Of a stretch of DNA of 64,000 nucleotides, positions 59,810-64,000 are shown piece after piece. A program made the translations under genes and the position numbers. The notes beneath the pieces are model-generated. The model was not told where the DNA came from. It saw only the letters and a list, made by a program, of their open reading frames with translations, and did not search any database. The stretch comes from an uncultured Gammaproteobacteria bacterium (lineage in GTDB: Bacteria > Patescibacteriota > Microgenomatia > UBA10105 > UBA927), in contig CAZNKB010000001.1 of assembly GCA_964573695.1 (NCBI GenBank), positions 64,565 through 128,564 on the forward strand, written 5' to 3'. Positions within the stretch are counted from its first letter, which is position 1, and each line of letters starts with the position of its first letter.

Positions 59810-60784
59810 CTAGAGGAGAGATGAGCTTTTGAAAATTTTCGGCTTCAGCCAATCCGAAGGAGGCTGCGCCGGTGATTTATTCTCCGGTGAAACCGGAGCT
59901 GTTTTCGATTCAGTCGGAATGACCACTGGAGCCGGTTCTTCTTGCGGCTGCTCAATGATCGGCGTCTCGATAACAGGCACTGCTGAAGGAGTCACCGGCT
60001 GATTGTTTACAAATACCTTGGGCTCGGTACTCCCGCGCGGTGAGGACGCACTGCCGAAACGCTTCGCTCCTGCCTTAAGACACACACTTGCCACTTCGAA
60101 TGCCATGCTTGTGACATTGGTGTTTTGGAAGTTGCTGGTCGCATCATATATGGCATTCAATAAATTTGTAGCGATATCGGTAGTCAACTTCACGCCTAAC
60201 GTCGCCAATAACTCCGCAACCAGTTCCGTCGTCGAAGAAGCCCCGGGGTCGACAAGATTTAGCGCCCCGTAGTTGGTGTTATTCCCGTGAAAATCGATAT
60301 TAATAATGGACTTTCCGTGCATCACGTCTTTTTGGTGTTGGTATACCGAACCCAAATCAGTAAGATCAAGGGTATCGACGCTCATAATAAGATCAGCCGA
60401 TACACCCTGGTAGGAATATTGGACTTTATCGGGACTAAATAGTTCAAATCCCGGACGATGCTCAACTACGAGATTGAATTTTTTCCCTTCTATATTGTAG
60501 CTGACCTTTTCGATCGACCCGTCGACATAATCTAACGATATAACAAAGTTCTTCTTACCGAAATCTCGAACCACCCGGTCGACCCCCACGAAACTCGACA
60601 GTCCGACCGTTACCGGATCAGGGCACACCACGGTTGCTTTTTTGCCCAGGGAAATAAGCCCCAACATCAGGGCAAGACTGCCGCCCATACTGTCCATAGT
60701 AGGCTTAGCGTGCGTAACAATGACGATATCGTTGGCTTTCCCAACAAGTTCTTTTGCCTTGGTGAGTGCTTCTTCGTAGGTCAT
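59810..60784 (-). CDS. DHH-family phosphoesterase (NrnA-like nanoRNase/pAp phosphatase)
   Basis: 324 aa with DHH motifs (IVTHAKPTMDSMGGSLAL ... DFHGNN) and a Pro-rich C-terminal tail. Its position after infB mirrors the Firmicute arrangement. Confidence 0.7.
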   Translation of the reverse strand: MTYEEALTKAKELVGKANDIVIVTHAKPTMDSMGGSLALMLGLISLGKKATVVCPDPVTVGLSSFVGVDRVVRDFGKKNFVISLDYVDGSIEKVSYNIEGKKFNLVVEHRPGFELFSPDKVQYSYQGVSADLIMSVDTLDLTDLGSVYQHQKDVMHGKSIINIDFHGNNTNYGALNLVDPGASSTTELVAELLATLGVKLTTDIATNLLNAIYDATSNFQNTNVTSMAFEVASVCLKAGAKRFGSASSPRGSTEPKVFVNNQPVTPSAVPVIETPIIEQPQEEPAPVVIPTESKTAPVSPENKSPAQPPSDWLKPKIFKSSSLL

Positions 60785-60872
60785 ATATCGTTATGTCGTT
60801 TATTCGTTACCTGGTTACTTCAAAAAAATGCGTTTTCGACTAACGAAGTACCATGTATTGCGAACGAACGAA

Positions 60873-62381
60873 CTATCCTGTAGTGAATGCTATTATAGCA
60901 TCTTGGAGCGTAAAATCAACCTTTTTGTCAAGCAACACGCCACATTCTCCTCCCACCTCAACTTTGGTGACTTCGTTCTTGCCCTGGCGTATTGATTTGA
61001 TTCGGGCACGATCGATCTCCGTTTCTTCCCTCATAATACGCACCGAATCTCCTTTTGCGAGCCTGCCGGAAACAACTTTTGTGCCTGCAATACGGTCTTT
61101 TTCGTAGGGAAATTCGGCAATGACCTTTCCCGTCCCTAATACGCGCTCTGTTACCAGCAATTCCTCCATACCGGTAACGACATCTTTCATCTCGTCAAGA
61201 AGCTCGTAAATAATCGAATAGGTCCGGAAAATGACTTTTTCGTGAGTAGCAAGCTTTTGGACACCGGCACCGACTTTGACGTTAAATCCGACGACCACAG
61301 CTCCACTTGCCCGCGCTTCCAAAATATCTGCCTCGGTAATTTCTCCCAAACTTGCACTTACGATATCAATATCGATTTTTATAAGCGCTTCAAGCACTGC
61401 CTCAAGCGACCCTGAAGTATCGGCTTTGATAAGCAATTTCAGTCGCTTTTTGTCTGCTGCGGTCATGGCAGCCAAAAAATCCGTGACACTTGCCGCTTCT
61501 TTCGGTTTTTGCGCTGTCAATGGTGCCGCTGCAACAGGGAGGCCGGTAACCATGACTCCGATTGAAGGAAGAGAAGAAAATCCCAACACTTCAACCGGCT
61601 TACCGGGAAGGGCTTTTTCAACTTTTGTTCCGGACTCATCAAAAAGCGCCCGCACCTTGCCGAGGGATTTCTCTCCTTCGTAAAGAAGCGTTCCGACTAG
61701 AGCGGTACCGGATTTTATGAGTAATGTCGCTACCTGACCTCGAAATTTATCGATCTTTGCCTCGATGACTACCGCGCTCAATGCGCCATTTTGGTCTCCC
61801 GCAAGTTCCTTCATATCGGCCATGAGCAAAATAAGCTCCAGAAGATCCGATATTCCTTTTCCTTCTTTGGCAGATACCAACACGCAAGGCACGTCGCCAC
61901 CGAATCCTTCAACCTGCACTCCGTGCTTGGCAAGGTCGGATTTCACTTTATCGATGATGACACCGGGAAGGTCAATTTTGTTGATCGCAACGATCAATGG
62001 AATCCCGGCGGATTGTATTTGGGAAATAGATTCAATGGTCTGCGGTTTAACGCTATCGTTTGCCGCCACGACAAGTATGGCGATATCAGCCGCGTTTGCC
62101 CCTCTGGAGCGAATCTTTCCGAATGCTTCGTGTCCCGGGGTATCAATAAATGTAATAAGCCGATCTTCATGACTTTTGGTTTTATAGGAAATTTGGTAAG
62201 CCCCGATATGCTGGGTTATTCCTCCGTGTTCGCCACTTGCGACATTGGCTTTCCGGATATAATCAAGAAGAGTTGTTTTGCCGTGATCAACGTGACCCAA
62301 TACGGCAACCACGGGAGGACGTGAAGCATGCCCCATGAGGTGCGAGGATACACTCTGAGCTATCGTAGTCTTTTTTGCCAT
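60873..62381 (-). CDS. infB: Translation initiation factor IF-2 (short form)
   Basis: 502 aa with [20 protein letters not shown] and NKID motifs and a C-terminal beta-barrel. The long N-terminal region of E. coli IF-2 is absent. Confidence 0.9.
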   Translation of the reverse strand: MAKKTTIAQSVSSHLMGHASRPPVVAVLGHVDHGKTTLLDYIRKANVASGEHGGITQHIGAYQISYKTKSHEDRLITFIDTPGHEAFGKIRSRGANAADIAILVVAANDSVKPQTIESISQIQSAGIPLIVAINKIDLPGVIIDKVKSDLAKHGVQVEGFGGDVPCVLVSAKEGKGISDLLELILLMADMKELAGDQNGALSAVVIEAKIDKFRGQVATLLIKSGTALVGTLLYEGEKSLGKVRALFDESGTKVEKALPGKPVEVLGFSSLPSIGVMVTGLPVAAAPLTAQKPKEAASVTDFLAAMTAADKKRLKLLIKADTSGSLEAVLEALIKIDIDIVSASLGEITEADILEARASGAVVVGFNVKVGAGVQKLATHEKVIFRTYSIIYELLDEMKDVVTGMEELLVTERVLGTGKVIAEFPYEKDRIAGTKVVSGRLAKGDSVRIMREETEIDRARIKSIRQGKNEVTKVEVGGECGVLLDKKVDFTLQDAIIAFTTG

Positions 62382-62410
62382 ACTGTAATGAACCGAAGGC
62401 TCGTCTCATA

Positions 62411-63574
62411 CTAGCTAGACGTATTGGTATCAGTCGAGTCTTTTCCCTCTTGTGACTTTTGAACCTCTGCCACCTGCTCACCTTGCTGCTCTGGCGGCTT
62501 TTCCGCTTCAGTTGTCGGCTGCGGAACTTCTTCTTTTGGTTCTTTCGGCGTAGGTGTCGCTTCTTTTGGTGACTCTCCTGCCGGCATTTCTTCGGCCTTC
62601 ACAGGCGCAGCCGCTCCCTCAGGAAGACCTTTTCCTTTGATGTCAATTTTCCAACCTGTCAATTTGGCGGCTAAACGGACATTCCCGCCGTCGCGGCCGA
62701 TAGCGAGCGAGAGCTGATCGTCGGGAACAGCTACTTCCGCCGCCTGCTTTTTCTCATGGAGAATTACATCCATATCTTTGGCAGGTGCGAGCGCGGACAT
62801 GATAAACAGCTTCATGTCGTCACTCCACTGGATAATATCGACTTTTTCATTGCCGCCAAGCTCAGTAATAACCGCCTGTACGCGTACGCCCTTTTGTCCG
62901 ACGCATGATCCCACGGGATCAACACCGGGAGCCGTCGAATAGACAGCGACTTTCGTCCTGTTTCCTGCCTCCCGCGCAACTACACGAAGCTCAACTGATC
63001 CCTGGGCTACTTCCGGCACTTCACGCTTGAATAACCCTTCTACCAGGCCTTTGTGTGCCCGAGAAACGATAATTTCATTACCCCGCATCGTTTCCCTGAT
63101 TCCTTCGATATAAAACGTCAGCCGCTGGTTCAGATGATAACGCTCTGCGGGATTTTGCTCTGATACCGGCATGACCGCCTGAGTACGCCCGATATCCACA
63201 ACAACATTCGGACCGTCAAACCTAAGAATCATTCCGGGAGCAATAGCGCCGATTTTTTCCTGATAATCAGAAAGTACCGCTTGTTTTTCCGCTTCACGGA
63301 TACGCTGGAGGATTACTTGTTTGGCGGTCTGGGCGGCTATACGACCAAATCCGGGAGGCGTGACGTCCTTACCGTCCTGAAGCACGCGGGCTTCTCCACT
63401 ATCAGGGTTTAAATCTACCGTAAGGGTAATCAGTTCATCGGTTCCGTAATCCTTACGATACGCGGCCAATATCGCGGCCTTTATCGTCTCCAACACTACG
63501 TTGGGATCTATCCCTCGTTCTGTGGCAACCTGGTTTAATGCTAATGCGAATTCGCTTCTTACGACTGCTGGCAT
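62411..63574 (-). CDS. nusA: Transcription termination/antitermination factor NusA with a Pro/Glu/Lys-rich C-terminal tail
   Basis: 387 aa with N-terminal, S1 and KH1/KH2 domains. The C-terminus is low-complexity PEKPT-rich rather than AR1/AR2. Confidence 0.9.
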   Translation of the reverse strand: MPAVVRSEFALALNQVATERGIDPNVVLETIKAAILAAYRKDYGTDELITLTVDLNPDSGEARVLQDGKDVTPPGFGRIAAQTAKQVILQRIREAEKQAVLSDYQEKIGAIAPGMILRFDGPNVVVDIGRTQAVMPVSEQNPAERYHLNQRLTFYIEGIRETMRGNEIIVSRAHKGLVEGLFKREVPEVAQGSVELRVVAREAGNRTKVAVYSTAPGVDPVGSCVGQKGVRVQAVITELGGNEKVDIIQWSDDMKLFIMSALAPAKDMDVILHEKKQAAEVAVPDDQLSLAIGRDGGNVRLAAKLTGWKIDIKGKGLPEGAAAPVKAEEMPAGESPKEATPTPKEPKEEVPQPTTEAEKPPEQQGEQVAEVQKSQEGKDSTDTNTSS

Positions 63575-63594
63575 GATTTACTCCTTATGTTATT

Positions 63595-63617
63595 AAAAAA
63601 GGCGGGGTCACCCCACC
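63595..63617 (-). terminator. Intrinsic-terminator-like hairpin plus U6 in the nusA leader (putative attenuator)
   Basis: Minus strand GGUGGGGUGACCCCGCCUUUUUU, located 20 nt upstream of the nusA ATG and just 5' of the AAGGAG SD. Confidence 0.4.
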
Positions 63618-63763
63618 TTTATCTCTTACAACGCTTCCTATTATATAGGCTCACGGGCTCCGCGTCAAACACCGTGTCTACAGGTATTTCCGTCACATTA
63701 CTCTTTAGCACGACGGCAACGGTACTGTTGACAACAACAAGGCAATATCATAATGATGTATAT

Positions 63764-64000
63764 ATGAGGAAATCCACATACAATCTGCATTTCATTTTCA
63801 AAGTAATCGCCGCCGTTATAGTTCTCGTCGTATTTGCCGTCGCAGCCTACCGCATTAATACGACGAGCACGGAGCAACGATCACGTGCTTCGGCACTGCG
63901 TATGGAAAAAAGCATATTTGCGGACGTTCCCAAAAACAGCTACGCTTTCAGTGCAATCGAACGGATTTACCGACTTGGACTAACCGCAGGATGCAGCCAG
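63764..64000 (+). CDS. Partial ORF encoding an N-terminal TM/signal anchor followed by an SLH-like motif (continues beyond the window)
   Basis: MRKSTYNLHFIFKVIAAVIVLVVFAVAAY...FADVPKNSYAFSAIERIYRLGLTAGC resembles the S-layer-homology consensus FxDV...HWA..AIE.L...GI..G. In frame to the window end. Absent from the ORF track because it has no stop. Confidence 0.35.
   Translation, partial: MRKSTYNLHFIFKVIAAVIVLVVFAVAAYRINTTSTEQRSRASALRMEKSIFADVPKNSYAFSAIERIYRLGLTAGCSQ

Noticed and set aside
1-64000. CRISPR arrays, rRNA and tRNA genes
   Set aside because: No arrays of regularly spaced direct repeats were seen. No rRNA-like conserved stretches. Visual scans of the intergenic regions found no GTTCGA/T-loop-bearing cloverleaf candidates.

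Overview
This 64 kb window is mostly core information-processing genes on the minus strand, with good protein-level matches. The genome looks reduced: AlaRS lacks the C-Ala domain, IF-2 is short, rimP is missing upstream of nusA and Lon has no protease domain. It also carries an AMP/thymidine-phosphorylase-like gene and a sortase. These traits suggest a CPR/Patescibacteria-like organism with roughly 50% GC; this lineage call is tentative. Reading from the minus strand, the layout is as follows. (1) rplC (partial), rpsJ, tuf and fusA run from 1 to 4335. (2) A roughly 7 kb accessory insert (4336-11437) splits the str operon. It contains a Cdd1-like HhH protein, an XRE regulator with a membrane protein, a membrane thioredoxin, a DipZ-like CcdA-thioredoxin fusion, an ORF interrupted by an in-frame TGA, a PQQ-type sugar dehydrogenase, ThpR/LigT and an AlkA-like glycosylase. 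(3) rpsG, rpsL, rpoC and rpoB run from 11438 to 19450, with a strong sigma70-like promoter and a structured leader. (4) Miscellaneous genes follow: DUF1761, TspO, cupins, cyclophilin, DUF4112, a leaderless three-repeat topoisomerase-type zinc-ribbon protein and HflX. (5) The most conspicuous accessory element is a sharply AT-rich island at about 26577-30150 (about 28% GC against about 50% elsewhere). It holds a large putative Type II(S) restriction endonuclease plus two tandem Dam-class (D12) N6-adenine methyltransferases, and it is flanked by unrecognisable genes. (6) Next come Bcp, CapA, an excisionase-family HTH and a tightly packed minus-strand envelope operon. That operon contains alaS, an 803-aa actin-like/TM/extracellular protein, a sortase, an AMP/thymidine phosphorylase-like protein, a zinc-ribbon mini-ORF, MltG and DUF2207. 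(7) A plus-strand block carries a PKD surface protein, a cupin, a phosphotransferase, four EamA/DMT paralogs interleaved with CutA and an Ldh_2 dehydrogenase, and DUF2079. (8) A final minus-strand block carries YtxH/DUF948, RodZ-like, FtsK, RNase J, a Lon-like AAA+ protein without a protease domain, PNPase, S15 with a Lys/Ala-rich N-terminal extension, a DHH phosphoesterase, IF-2 and NusA. Terminator-like hairpins sit in the nusA leader, the rpsO leader, the rpsO-pnp spacer and the rpsJ-rplC spacer. No rRNA, tRNA, CRISPR array, transposase or integrase was recognised. A roughly 400 bp GC-rich gap at 4698-5100 may hold a structured ncRNA.
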